DNA of 64,000 nt from an uncultured Acidobacteriota bacterium. Lineage in GTDB: Bacteria; Acidobacteriota; Thermoanaerobaculia; UBA5066. The notes beneath the pieces are model-generated. The model worked only from the letters and a program-made list of their open reading frames with translations, did not search any database and had not been told where the DNA came from. Positions 48,743 to 57,943 of the stretch are shown piece by piece. Made by a program: the position numbers and the translations under genes. The stretch's first letter is position 1, and each line of letters starts with the position of its first letter. The stretch lies in the NCBI GenBank assembly GCA_963779415.1, contig CAVZYA010000001.1, positions 1,600,001 through 1,664,000 of the forward strand. Direction: 5' to 3'.

Positions 48743-50412
48743 GCGACGAGGACGGTCTGGTCGTCGTATTGGGCGACGCCGCGCGTGAACTCTGAGACGG
48801 CTTCGAAGATTCCGTTCGAGACGATGGCGGGCGAGACGCCGTCCGACCCCCGAACGAGCGCGACGAGCCGGTCCATCCCGAATTCCTCGTCGGCCCCGTT
48901 CACCGCCTCGGTGATGCCGTCGGAATAGAGGACGAGGGTGTCGCCGGGAACGAGGGAGACGACGGATTCCCGGAAGACGGCGTCGGGGAGGATTCCGATC
49001 GGCGGCCCGCCGCTCGGCAGGAGGGTGACCTCGCGCCCGGCGAGGCGAACGCCGGGGTTGTGCCCCGCGTTCACGTACCGGACCTCGTGCAGGAGCGGGT
49101 CGTAGACGGCGAAGAAGAGCGTGACGAATTTTCGCGTGGAGCTGAAGCCGAGCAGGTGCCGGTGAACCCGCGAAACGAAGCCCGGCAGGTCGGCCACGCC
49201 GGTGTCCAGGAGGATCCGGAGGCAGGCATGGACGGTCGAGACCAGGAGCGCGGCCGGCACCCCTTTGCCCGCCACGTCGGCCACGCAGAAGGCGGTGCGG
49301 CCGTCGGGGAGCGGAAAGACGTCGTAGTAGTCCCCACCGACCTGCCTCGTCGGCCGGTTTCCTCCGGCGAGCCGGAGCCCCGGGACGACGGGGAGCGAGA
49401 CGGGGAGAATCGTCTGCTGGATGGAGGCGGCCAGCTCGACCTCCCGCTCCATCCGCTCCTTCTCGACGGCCTCACGGTGGAGGCGGGCATTCTCGAGCGC
49501 GATCGCGGCCTGGTTCCCGAAGAGCGAGAGGATCCGCTCGTCTCCGATCGTGAAGTCGTCCACGCCCCCCGACCGGTTCTCCTTGTCCGCCACGACGAGA
49601 ACGCCGAGGGGGCGTCCGTCGGCCACGATCGGAGAGAGGAGGAGCTTCTCCGCGGGCGCGTCCGCCAGCGCGCCGATCCGCTCCTCTCGCCTGTTCCACC
49701 GGCAGGCGTGGTCCGGAAGCTCGGCGAGCACCTCCGGCCCGGCGAGCGGCGCCCCGAAGTGCTTGACGAGGACCCCGTCCTCGATGTCGCCTCCCGAGGT
49801 ACGAACGATGAGCGTCCCGGTCCGGGCATTCAGAAGCGAGATCGACTTGAGGAGGATGTCGTCGGCGAGCGAATCGAGGTCGAGGGTCCCGGCGATCGAG
49901 AGGCCGACGTCGTAAAGGCTCTGAAGCTCCCAGACCCGGTACTTGAGCTCGAAGTCGGCCTTCGAGACGCGCTCCGACATCCGGACGACCGCGAGGATCG
50001 AGGCGGCGTGAGCGGCGACCGAGGCAAAGCCCACCGGGTCCTCGGGAGGCCTGTCGATGAGGACGAGGGCCAGCGTCTCGTCCCGGGCCGTCAGGGGGAT
50101 GACGCGGGGATCGGGCGCCGGGGCGAGGATCTCCTCGGCGAGCCCTTCGGCGAGCCCGGTCGCGAGTGGCCCGACCCTCTCGAGATATTGCTCGAGGCGC
50201 GCAAGGAGGGGATCCGCAGGAGAGACATTGAGGGCCGCCCGGCGTCGCGGGTGGAGCGGGTCGACGGCGAGGCCGCGGTCGGCTCCGGATCCGAGCAGAA
50301 GCGCCGCGAGAACATGGTCCAGCGGCGTCTCGGTCGCGGAGGGATCGATCGCGGCGAGACGCCTGTGAGCGCCGAGGATGTCGGCGGCCCCGGGCCTCCC
50401 GCCGGCCCTAAT
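48730..50412 (-). CDS. GAF + SpoIIE/RsbU-type PP2C phosphatase (start uncertain, possibly ATT at 50412)
   Basis: GAF (LGVLVVADK...F...D.RIL), A..IQ..ILP, VGGDYYD, ADVAGKG, NAGH, LYSDG, DDQT. Confidence 0.88.
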   Translation of the reverse strand: MRAGGRPGAADILGAHRRLAAIDPSATETPLDHVLAALLLGSGADRGLAVDPLHPRRRAALNVSPADPLLARLEQYLERVGPLATGLAEGLAEEILAPAPDPRVIPLTARDETLALVLIDRPPEDPVGFASVAAHAASILAVVRMSERVSKADFELKYRVWELQSLYDVGLSIAGTLDLDSLADDILLKSISLLNARTGTLIVRTSGGDIEDGVLVKHFGAPLAGPEVLAELPDHACRWNRREERIGALADAPAEKLLLSPIVADGRPLGVLVVADKENRSGGVDDFTIGDERILSLFGNQAAIALENARLHREAVEKERMEREVELAASIQQTILPVSLPVVPGLRLAGGNRPTRQVGGDYYDVFPLPDGRTAFCVADVAGKGVPAALLVSTVHACLRILLDTGVADLPGFVSRVHRHLLGFSSTRKFVTLFFAVYDPLLHEVRYVNAGHNPGVRLAGREVTLLPSGGPPIGILPDAVFRESVVSLVPGDTLVLYSDGITEAVNGADEEFGMDRLVALVRGSDGVSPAIVSNGIFEAVSEFTRGVAQYDDQTVLVACAC

Positions 50413-50770
50413 CGGTCTCCCCGCGGAGCCAGGCGACGGCGGGTTCGGATGCGGCGAAGATCCGCGCATATTGCGCCAGACCCATGATCTGGAAAGTCTT
50501 TTCGATCGTCGGGGTGAGACGGCAGAAAGCGAGGCGGCCACCGGAATCGAGGAGCTTCTCGAGAATCTCGATGAGGATGGAGATGCCGATGGAGTTCACG
50601 ATCTTCGTCTTCTCGAGATCGAGGAGGAGACGGTTGACGCCGCTTCCCATCAACGCGTACGCCTGCCGGGCGATCTCCTCGCCACCGGCGTTGTTGATGT
50701 AGCCGTCCGTCCTCAGGATCGCGACCGTCGCGTCCGGGCGCTCCACCGTGACTTTGAGGATCTCGCTCAT
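50408..50770 (-). CDS. STAS-domain anti-sigma factor antagonist (RsbV/SpoIIAA-like)
   Basis: GYIN, LLLDL..T..VNSIGISIL (conserved phospho-Ser), F.IMGL. Confidence 0.9.
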   Translation of the reverse strand: MSEILKVTVERPDATVAILRTDGYINNAGGEEIARQAYALMGSGVNRLLLDLEKTKIVNSIGISILIEILEKLLDSGGRLAFCRLTPTIEKTFQIMGLAQYARIFAASEPAVAWLRGETD

Positions 50771-50795
50771 GTTCCTCTTCCCCGCGACCGTCCCG

Positions 50796-51230
50796 TCAGC
50801 GGTATTTCCTCATGATGATGCGCGTTCCGCGCATGCCACTCTCGATCCGGACATCGTCCATCAGGCTCTCGATGATTCGGATTCCCCAGCCGCGCTTACG
50901 CCTCGACTTCAGCTTCGCCGCGATCTCGGGCGTCTCGAGGCGGGAGGGGTCGAAGCCGCGCCCGGCGTCGGAGACGTCCACCTCGAGGTACGGACGGCCG
51001 CTGTCGTCCCCCTCCGAGCCGATCCGGAACTCGATCTCCACCTTCCGGTCGGGCGTCTGGCTGTGCTCGAAGGCGTTGATGCAGGCCTCGGCGACGGCCA
51101 TCTTGACCTCGTCTATCTTGTCGCGGCCCATCTCCATCCACTCCCCGAGGGCCGCAACCTGAGCCATCGCCGCGATCTCCATCTCCGGCGCGATGGGGAT
51201 CGTCAGATGCACTTCGCGCCTCGAGGACAT
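50796..51230 (-). CDS. RsbW/SpoIIAB-like anti-sigma Ser kinase (HATPase)
   Basis: MAVAEACINAFEH, VSDAGRGFD, RGWGIRIIESLMDDV. Confidence 0.92.
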   Translation of the reverse strand: MSSRREVHLTIPIAPEMEIAAMAQVAALGEWMEMGRDKIDEVKMAVAEACINAFEHSQTPDRKVEIEFRIGSEGDDSGRPYLEVDVSDAGRGFDPSRLETPEIAAKLKSRRKRGWGIRIIESLMDDVRIESGMRGTRIIMRKYR

Positions 51231-51246
51231 CGGCTGGGGGACCTCC

Positions 51247-51453
51247 CTAGAACATCAGGAGCGCGCGGAACAGGATGACGGCAACCTCGGGCATCTTACC
51301 CGACGCGCTCACGAGGGCGAAGGCGGCGGCCTGAAGCGAGAGAACCAGAAGCAGCCGCGCCTGAAGTGACGTCTCCCCCGTGGCTTCCGAAGACGCCACG
51401 TCCGATTCGCTCACAAACGGAGCCAAGGTGGTTCTGGTTGTCGCTCTTTCCAT
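51247..51453 (-). CDS. Small hypothetical membrane protein (68 aa)
   Basis: GGAG SD, hydrophobic C-terminal half. Lies just downstream of a sigma54 promoter and 16 nt upstream of the RsbW-like gene. Confidence 0.55.
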   Translation of the reverse strand: MERATTRTTLAPFVSESDVASSEATGETSLQARLLLVLSLQAAAFALVSASGKMPEVAVILFRALLMF

Positions 51454-51481
51454 TTCGTCTCCGGGCTTCTATCCACGTGAC

Positions 51482-51497
51482 AGCAAGGCGCAGGCCA
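51482..51497 (-). promoter_or_regulatory. Sigma54 (-24/-12) promoter
   Basis: Minus strand TGGCCTGCGCCTTGCT has exact TGGC-N7-TTGCW spacing. AT-rich upstream tract 51500-51670. Adjacent to a bEBP gene. Confidence 0.7.
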
Positions 51498-51690
51498 CAA
51501 AGGCACACGCCTCGAAAATGCGAACAAACAATTGCAGTAGAGTTAATTGCATCAACACAGATATCGACACTGCGAGTTGATGAAGTGCGATAAATTGACA
51601 CATCTAACCACAAGACATGAATGCTATACTGCCAACTGGCTTATTTACAGCGTATTAGATGTATCGTGCTGATTAGTCCCGCTGCGCCAG

Positions 51691-53181
51691 TTAGACACGT
51701 TTCCGGTAGAGCGTCCGACGGCTCACGCCGAGGATCTTCGCGGCGCGGCTCTTGTTTCCCTTCACCGACGCGAGAATCCGGCGGATGTGCGCCTGTTCGA
51801 TCGCACGCAGCTCCGAGGAGCCGGTGAGGGGGGCTTCGGAGCGCGCGGCGCCGAACTGAAGATCCTCCGCGGCGAGCGTCCGCCCCGCGGAGAGGGCGAC
51901 GGCACCCTCGAGGAGGTTCTCCAGCTCGCGGACGTTTCCGGGGAAGGCATAGCCGACGAGCGAATGGACCGCGTCTCGGGCTAGGTTCACCGGCGGGCGC
52001 CCTTCACGCGCCGCGATCCGGGCGAGGAAATGCGCGGCGAGGCGCGGGATGTCCTCGCGTCGGTCGCGGAGAGCGGGGAGGCGGATCTCGACCACGCGGA
52101 GCCGGTAGAAGAGGTCCTCCCGGAAATGCCCGGCCAGGATTTCCGCCGGCAGGTCGGCGTGGGTCGCCGAGACGACGCGGACGTCGACCGGGATCCGGTG
52201 CCTTCCGCCGACGCGCTCGATCTCGCGCTCCTGCAGTACCCGGAGGAGCTTCGCCTGGATCGCGAGGGGCGCGTCGGCGATCTCGTCGAGGAAGATCGTC
52301 CCCGTGCTCGCGAGCTCGAACTTGCCGACGCGGGCTTCGACCCCCGTCGCGACGCCCTTCTCGATCCCGAACAGCTCCGCCTCGAGGAGCGCTTCCGGGA
52401 CTGCGGCGCAGTTGAGCGCCAGAAACGGTCCGTCCCGGCGCGGCGAAGCGGCGTGAAGGAGCTTGGCGACCAGCTCCTTTCCGGTGCCGCTCTCCCCCAC
52501 GACGAGGACGTTCACCCGCGAAGCCGCCGCGCGCGCCACGAGCTCCCGGACCCGCCGCATCTCGGACGAGTCGCCGATCAGGACGTCGTCGATGGCGAGC
52601 GTCCCCTTGAGGGCCCGGTTCTCCTCCCGCAGGCGGTCCACGTCCGCCGTCAGGGCCGCGAGCCGCCGGATACCCTCGAGCGCCGGCGACGCGAGCGCCG
52701 CGAGCGACCCGAGAAGACGCCGGTCGTCCTCGTCGAAGGGCGCCGCCCGCTCGCCGCGGGCCTCGCGGTCCAGGACCACGAGAACGCCGAGGACGTGCTC
52801 CCCGGCCGAGAGCGGGACCCCGGCCACACTTCCCGCGGGACGGCCGAGGACCGACTCGGAGGGACGAGCGAGGGGTACCCGGGCCCGGCAGAGGTCGAGG
52901 ACGAACGGTTCTCCGCCGGCGGCGACGACGGAAGGGACCGGGTCGAGGCCCACGGCCGCCACGCGTCCCGGATCGCGATCGGTCTCGAAGAGCGCGGCGA
53001 AGCCGCGGGCGGCGTCGAGCACGGCCACGGCGCGCCCGAGAACCTCTTCCAGAAGCGATCCCTCGTCACGCGCCGACGGGAGCGACCGCCCCACGTCGTA
53101 GAGCGTCTCGAGGCGAAGGACCTTCTTCCGGAGGTCGAAGGCCTCGTCGGCGCGCGGAGGCCGGGGACGCCCCGTGCTCAT
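51691..53181 (-). CDS. GAF-domain sigma54-dependent transcriptional activator (Fis-type HTH)
   Basis: GESGTGKE, NCAA, ELFGIEKGVATGV, FLDEI, LLRVLQE, FREDLFYRL, PGNVRELEN, AAKILGVSRRTLYRK. Confidence 0.93.
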   Translation of the reverse strand: MSTGRPRPPRADEAFDLRKKVLRLETLYDVGRSLPSARDEGSLLEEVLGRAVAVLDAARGFAALFETDRDPGRVAAVGLDPVPSVVAAGGEPFVLDLCRARVPLARPSESVLGRPAGSVAGVPLSAGEHVLGVLVVLDREARGERAAPFDEDDRRLLGSLAALASPALEGIRRLAALTADVDRLREENRALKGTLAIDDVLIGDSSEMRRVRELVARAAASRVNVLVVGESGTGKELVAKLLHAASPRRDGPFLALNCAAVPEALLEAELFGIEKGVATGVEARVGKFELASTGTIFLDEIADAPLAIQAKLLRVLQEREIERVGGRHRIPVDVRVVSATHADLPAEILAGHFREDLFYRLRVVEIRLPALRDRREDIPRLAAHFLARIAAREGRPPVNLARDAVHSLVGYAFPGNVRELENLLEGAVALSAGRTLAAEDLQFGAARSEAPLTGSSELRAIEQAHIRRILASVKGNKSRAAKILGVSRRTLYRKRV

Positions 53182-53182
53182 C

Positions 53183-54583
53183 TCAGGAACGGGCGGGGGC
53201 CGGCGATCCGCTCCGGATCGAGTCGAGAGCGTCGAGAGCCGGCTGGAATTTCGGGTTTCGCGAAAGGACCGGCTTCAGCGCCTCTTCGGCTTCGCCCGTC
53301 CGGCCGAGCGCCGCGAGGCTCTGCGAGAGCGCGACCCGCAGCATCTCGCGGCTCGGGAAATAGAGGGTCCCCGCTTCCGGACGATCCGGGATCGCCGCGC
53401 GGAAGCTCTCCACCGCCTCCTCGTACCGTCCTTCGCGCCTCAAGACGAATCCCCGGATCGCCGCGAGGCCGCGTTCCGCGTCCTCTTTCGGCTCGCCCTT
53501 CAGGTCCGCAATCAGGGCCGGGGTCGTCGCGATCGCCGCCGTCGCCTCCTCGGTCCGCCCCAGAACGGCTGCGAAGAGACCACGGCGAAGCTGAACATGG
53601 ACGTCCACCATCCGCTGACGAGCGGGGTCGCTGTCGGAAGGCGGAGGCGGAATCTTCGCGAAGACGGCCGTCGCTTCATCGGATTTCCCGGCGACGGCGA
53701 GCGAGAGGGCCTCCGCCCAGAGCCACTCTCTCCGTTCCCCGACGGCCTCGGTCGACTCCGCGGCGATCCGAAACTGCTCGGCGGCCTCGGTCGGGCGTCC
53801 CCGCGCAACGTCGAGGGTGCCGAGATGAGCACGTGACGCGTAGAAATCCGGCTTCACCTCGAGCGCCTTCTTCAGGAATTCCTCGGCCTCGTCGTACCGG
53901 CCGATCGAGACGTACAGCTCGCCGAGTGAGTCGTTCGGGTTCGCCTGATCCGGCGCGAGGAAGCGGTAGCGTCGGAGGTACTCCTCGGCCTTCCGGGTGT
54001 CCCCCTGAGAAAGCCAGTAGTAGCCGAGAAGGTTGTATGCCGCGGCGTAGTTCGGGTTCAGGGCGATGAGCTTCTCGAGATCAGAGATCCCCTGCGACAC
54101 CCTGCCGCTCGCGGTATAGACGTTCGCGCGCTGGAAATACCCTTCCGGGTCGTCCGGGAACCGCCGCACGTACTCGTCGAGGAGCGGCTCGACCTCCCTT
54201 GGCTCCTTGGAGTTCATCGAGGTCTCGAAGATCCGGAGCTGCAGGCGCTCACGCTCCGAGATCGAGCCGGCGGACGAGCGGGCGCATTCGAGAAGACTTC
54301 GCGCCCTTTCCGGGTCCCGATCGCGCGTCAGGGCGGCGAGCCGGACCGTCGCCATGACGAAGTGGGGGTCGAGCTTCAGCGCCTCGGCATAGGCTCCGAG
54401 AGCCTCCCTGTAGTACATGTTCCGCTCGTTCTCCCTCCCGAGCCGGTAGTACTGGAGCGCCTCGGACGAAGAGGTCGTCACCTCGCGACGGCCGAAGACC
54501 GCATAGGCCCCAAGGGCCACTCCGGCCGCCAGCAGGAGGCCGAGACCGGCGAAGACGAGGCGGCGGCGCACGGAACGGGACAT
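53183..54583 (-). CDS. Membrane-anchored TPR protein
   Basis: N-terminal basic + TM segment, TTSSSEALQYY..ALKLDP.F, multiple TPRs. Confidence 0.85.
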   Translation of the reverse strand: MSRSVRRRLVFAGLGLLLAAGVALGAYAVFGRREVTTSSSEALQYYRLGRENERNMYYREALGAYAEALKLDPHFVMATVRLAALTRDRDPERARSLLECARSSAGSISERERLQLRIFETSMNSKEPREVEPLLDEYVRRFPDDPEGYFQRANVYTASGRVSQGISDLEKLIALNPNYAAAYNLLGYYWLSQGDTRKAEEYLRRYRFLAPDQANPNDSLGELYVSIGRYDEAEEFLKKALEVKPDFYASRAHLGTLDVARGRPTEAAEQFRIAAESTEAVGERREWLWAEALSLAVAGKSDEATAVFAKIPPPPSDSDPARQRMVDVHVQLRRGLFAAVLGRTEEATAAIATTPALIADLKGEPKEDAERGLAAIRGFVLRREGRYEEAVESFRAAIPDRPEAGTLYFPSREMLRVALSQSLAALGRTGEAEEALKPVLSRNPKFQPALDALDSIRSGSPAPARS

Positions 54584-54630
54584 GAAGAGACCCCTTCCCT
54601 GAATGATACGCACGGCCCCCCCGGCGGGTT

Positions 54631-57216
54631 CTACCGGCCCCTGGGGGTGATCCGCATCAGAACGAAGGTTTCGTCGTCGTACTGCTCGGTCCCGAGAGTG
54701 AACTGGCGGACGTCCTCGAGAAGCTCGTCGGCCAGCTCCGGGAGCGGAAGGGAGGCGTGGCGGACGAGGGAGGCCTTGAGGCGTTCGTCCCCGTAGAGCG
54801 ATCCATCCGCCGACATCGCCTCGTTCAGCCCGTCGGTGTAGAAGAAGAGAAGGTCCCCGGGGGAGAGGTAGGTCACGGCCGCGTCGTAGGGGACGTCCCG
54901 GAAAGCGCCGAGAGGGAGCCGGTTTCGCGGGACGGGAATCTCGACGGCTCCGGCCCCGCGCCGGACGAGAAGGGGCGTCGGCTGGCCTCCGAGCGCATAG
55001 TTCAACGACAGGGAAACGGGGTCGAAGAGAAAGTAGCCGAGCGAGACGAACATCCGCCGCTTGATCTCGTAGAGGCGTCGGTTCGCCTCGCGAAAGACGG
55101 TCGCCGGATCGGGGTCGGACATCGCGCGGGCGTAGACGATCTCCTTGGCCGCCACCATCAGGAGCGCCGCGGGAATCGATTTTCCGGAGACGTCCCCGAG
55201 GACGATGGCGATGGACTCACTGCCGGGGCGCACGTCGAGAAAATCGTAGAAGTCTCCTCCAACGACACGCGCCGGACGGGAAACGCCGAAAAACTCCGTT
55301 CCCGCGCGGACCGGAAGGCGGCGGGGGAAGAGGCTGACCTGGATGTCCCGTGCGATCTCGAGATCCCGCTCCACCTCGGCGCGGCGCGTCAGCTGCTCGT
55401 GCAGCCCCGCGGCCTCGAGGGCGAGCGCGCCCTGGTTGGCGATCGTCGTCAGGTGGTCGAGGTCTTCGCGCGACAGCTCCTCCTCGGACCGCTTCGGACC
55501 GACCGCGAGGATGCCCAGCAGCTTCCCACGCGTCGCGACGGGAACGAGCCACTTCACGCCGCGCCTCGCTTCGGCTCCGGCGAACCGGACCGACGCGTCG
55601 TCGAGGCTCCGCCGGTCGAGATCGGCGAGCCGGATCGGGACCGCTTCCCGCGAAAGGAGCTGCGGCAGGCGGCTCCCCATCGGGAGGACGGTCGTCCCCT
55701 CGCCCCGCGGATCCGAGAAGGCGCCGTCGGCCGGACGGGGGACGAGGAGATCGAGGCTGGAGAGCCGGAGAAGCTCCGCCGTCCGGCTTGTCATCAGCTC
55801 CAGGATCTTGTCCCGCTCGAGCTGAGAGACGACGGAACGGCTCATGTCGAGAACCGCCTGCTGGAAGTCGGTCCGGTCGCGGAAAAAGACGCGGTCGACG
55901 ACACGCTGGGCGCGGCGCCGGAGCGGGTCGAAGAGGAGGACGACGGCGAGGCCGAAGAGGAACGCGAACGCCGGCGAGGAGGTGACGGCGACGTTCGAGA
56001 ACGAGGAGAGGAAGGCGTTGCCGGCAACGACGGCGAGGGCGTAGATCCCCGTGACCACGGCGGTCAGGACGCCGTAGACGAGCGACTTCCGGACGATGAC
56101 GTTGACGTCGAAGAGACGAAACCGGACGATGGCGAATGCGAAAGAGAGCGGGATGAGCGCCATCGGAAAGACGCCCCAGGCGAGGTACCGCTCGTCGCGG
56201 AAGAGGGACGGATAGAAGACCGCGAAGACGACGAAGGGGACGATCCCGGCGATCGTGCCGAGGAGCAGGACCAGGATCGGCCGCCTCGCCTCGGGATCGC
56301 GGTCCGTCCAGAAGGAGTGGGCGAGGGCGAGGAGGCCGAGGATCAGGTAGTCGGCCAGGAGGATCCAGTTGAGGACCGGGGCGCCATAGACCAGCCGGCG
56401 GGGCGACCCGGCCCGGTGCGCCGCCATCTGGAGGACGTAGAAGAGCGGGGGGAGCGTGTAGAGAAGGGTGAAGAGGAGGGGCGAGCCGTTCAGGAAGCCC
56501 TGGAAGCGGCGGAGCGGCGAGGGGGACTCGGACCCGGCGAAGCGGAAGACCTTCCGCCGCGGGAAGAGAAGGAAGAAATGGAGGAAGACCGCCGGCAGGA
56601 GGAAGAGCGCGAGCGTGCCGGCCACCTGGACGAAGTAGTCGATCCAGTAGTAGCTCGACGGCCGGAGCCGGCAGACGAAGAAGAGCATGAAGAGGATGCA
56701 GAGCACGTAGAAGACGCCGGCCGCCGGGTCTCCCGGGCGTCTCGAGACGACGAAAAGGCCGAGGCCGAAAAAGAGCGCGCCGAGAAGGGCAAAGTAGAGG
56801 TACGTCCCCGAGCCGACCCGGAAGGGAGAGAGGACGACGCGCGCCTCGAAGATCCGGTCGTCTCTCCGGACGAGATAGTCGACTCCCTCTCCGACACGGT
56901 GGCGGCGAAGCTCGGGGGGCGCGTCGGCCGCACGGCTCACGATCCGATGGCCGATTCCTAGGATGACGTCTCCCGGGCGGAGATCCGCCTGTTCGGCGGA
57001 GCCTCCCGGCACGAGATCGCGGATCAGGATCCCTCCCGAGGAGTAGGGATCGGGAACGACCCCGTCGTACGCCTTCGGGACGAACATGTCGACGACGGAA
57101 AGAAGGGCGATGAGCGCTCCGAGAATGCCGACGCCGAAAAGAACGCGCCGGCGGGACGCGGCCTCTCCGGGCGTCGCCGTTCCCGGCGAGGAGGCTCTGC
57201 GCGCCGGGCTCTCCAT
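54631..57216 (-). CDS. Membrane sensor phosphatase: PDZ + multi-TM + GAF + SpoIIE/PP2C
   Basis: PDZ (VPGGSAEQADLRPGDVI), about 8 TM helices, GAF, VGGDFYD, GDVSGK, YTDG, DDET. Confidence 0.9.
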   Translation of the reverse strand: MESPARRASSPGTATPGEAASRRRVLFGVGILGALIALLSVVDMFVPKAYDGVVPDPYSSGGILIRDLVPGGSAEQADLRPGDVILGIGHRIVSRAADAPPELRRHRVGEGVDYLVRRDDRIFEARVVLSPFRVGSGTYLYFALLGALFFGLGLFVVSRRPGDPAAGVFYVLCILFMLFFVCRLRPSSYYWIDYFVQVAGTLALFLLPAVFLHFFLLFPRRKVFRFAGSESPSPLRRFQGFLNGSPLLFTLLYTLPPLFYVLQMAAHRAGSPRRLVYGAPVLNWILLADYLILGLLALAHSFWTDRDPEARRPILVLLLGTIAGIVPFVVFAVFYPSLFRDERYLAWGVFPMALIPLSFAFAIVRFRLFDVNVIVRKSLVYGVLTAVVTGIYALAVVAGNAFLSSFSNVAVTSSPAFAFLFGLAVVLLFDPLRRRAQRVVDRVFFRDRTDFQQAVLDMSRSVVSQLERDKILELMTSRTAELLRLSSLDLLVPRPADGAFSDPRGEGTTVLPMGSRLPQLLSREAVPIRLADLDRRSLDDASVRFAGAEARRGVKWLVPVATRGKLLGILAVGPKRSEEELSREDLDHLTTIANQGALALEAAGLHEQLTRRAEVERDLEIARDIQVSLFPRRLPVRAGTEFFGVSRPARVVGGDFYDFLDVRPGSESIAIVLGDVSGKSIPAALLMVAAKEIVYARAMSDPDPATVFREANRRLYEIKRRMFVSLGYFLFDPVSLSLNYALGGQPTPLLVRRGAGAVEIPVPRNRLPLGAFRDVPYDAAVTYLSPGDLLFFYTDGLNEAMSADGSLYGDERLKASLVRHASLPLPELADELLEDVRQFTLGTEQYDDETFVLMRITPRGR

Positions 57217-57274
57217 CGTCCGGCAGTATACGAACGGAACGCCGGCCGGGATCCGCGTGCGAGAATCACGCGCC

Positions 57275-57943
57275 GTGGCAACGCGCCCGCCGAAGGGTCT
57301 TTTCGTCACGTTCGAGGGGATCGAGGGGTCCGGAAAGTCGACCCAGGTCGTCCGCGCCGCGGAACGGCTGAAGAGCCTCGGCGTCCCCTTCCTCTCGACC
57401 CGCGAGCCGGGCGGCACGGCCGTCGGCGCGGCTCTTCGAGAGGTTCTCCTCGGCTGGTCGGGACGACTCGACCCCGCCGCCGAGCTCCTCCTGATGTTCG
57501 CCGACCGGAGGCAGCACCTCCTCGAGAAGATCGAACCCGCCCTCGCCGCCGGGCTGGTCGTTCTCTGCGACCGCTACACCGACGCCTCCCGCGCCTATCA
57601 GGGGGCGGGACGGGGCCTCGGGGAGGAGACCGTGGACCTCCTCCACGGGACGTTCTGCGGCCGCGAGAGCGACGTGACGTACCTCGTCGACTGCCCCGTC
57701 GAGACGGCGCTCGCGCGCGTCGCCGCGCGGAGCGGCGGCAAAGCCGACCGGTTCGAGCGCGAGGCTCTTTCGTTCCACCGGCGCGTCAGGGCGGCTTACC
57801 GGAGCCGCGCGAGGCGCGAGCCGAGGCGTTTCGTCCTGCTCGACGGGCGCCAGGCCCCCGACGCCGTCTTCACCGCGCTCTGGGACGATCTCTCGCGCCG
57901 GCTGAAGCGGCGCGGCCTTCTTCCTCGCGGAACCCGTCCGTGA
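57275..57943 (+). CDS. tmk: Thymidylate kinase
   Basis: FVTFEGIEGSGKST, TREPGGT, ADRRQH, CDRYTDAS.AYQG, DRFE. Confidence 0.95.
   Translation: MATRPPKGLFVTFEGIEGSGKSTQVVRAAERLKSLGVPFLSTREPGGTAVGAALREVLLGWSGRLDPAAELLLMFADRRQHLLEKIEPALAAGLVVLCDRYTDASRAYQGAGRGLGEETVDLLHGTFCGRESDVTYLVDCPVETALARVAARSGGKADRFEREALSFHRRVRAAYRSRARREPRRFVLLDGRQAPDAVFTALWDDLSRRLKRRGLLPRGTRP

Noticed and set aside
51618-51636. Second sigma54 site (TTGGCAGTATAGC, minus strand)
   Set aside because: GG-to-GC spacing does not fit -24/-12.
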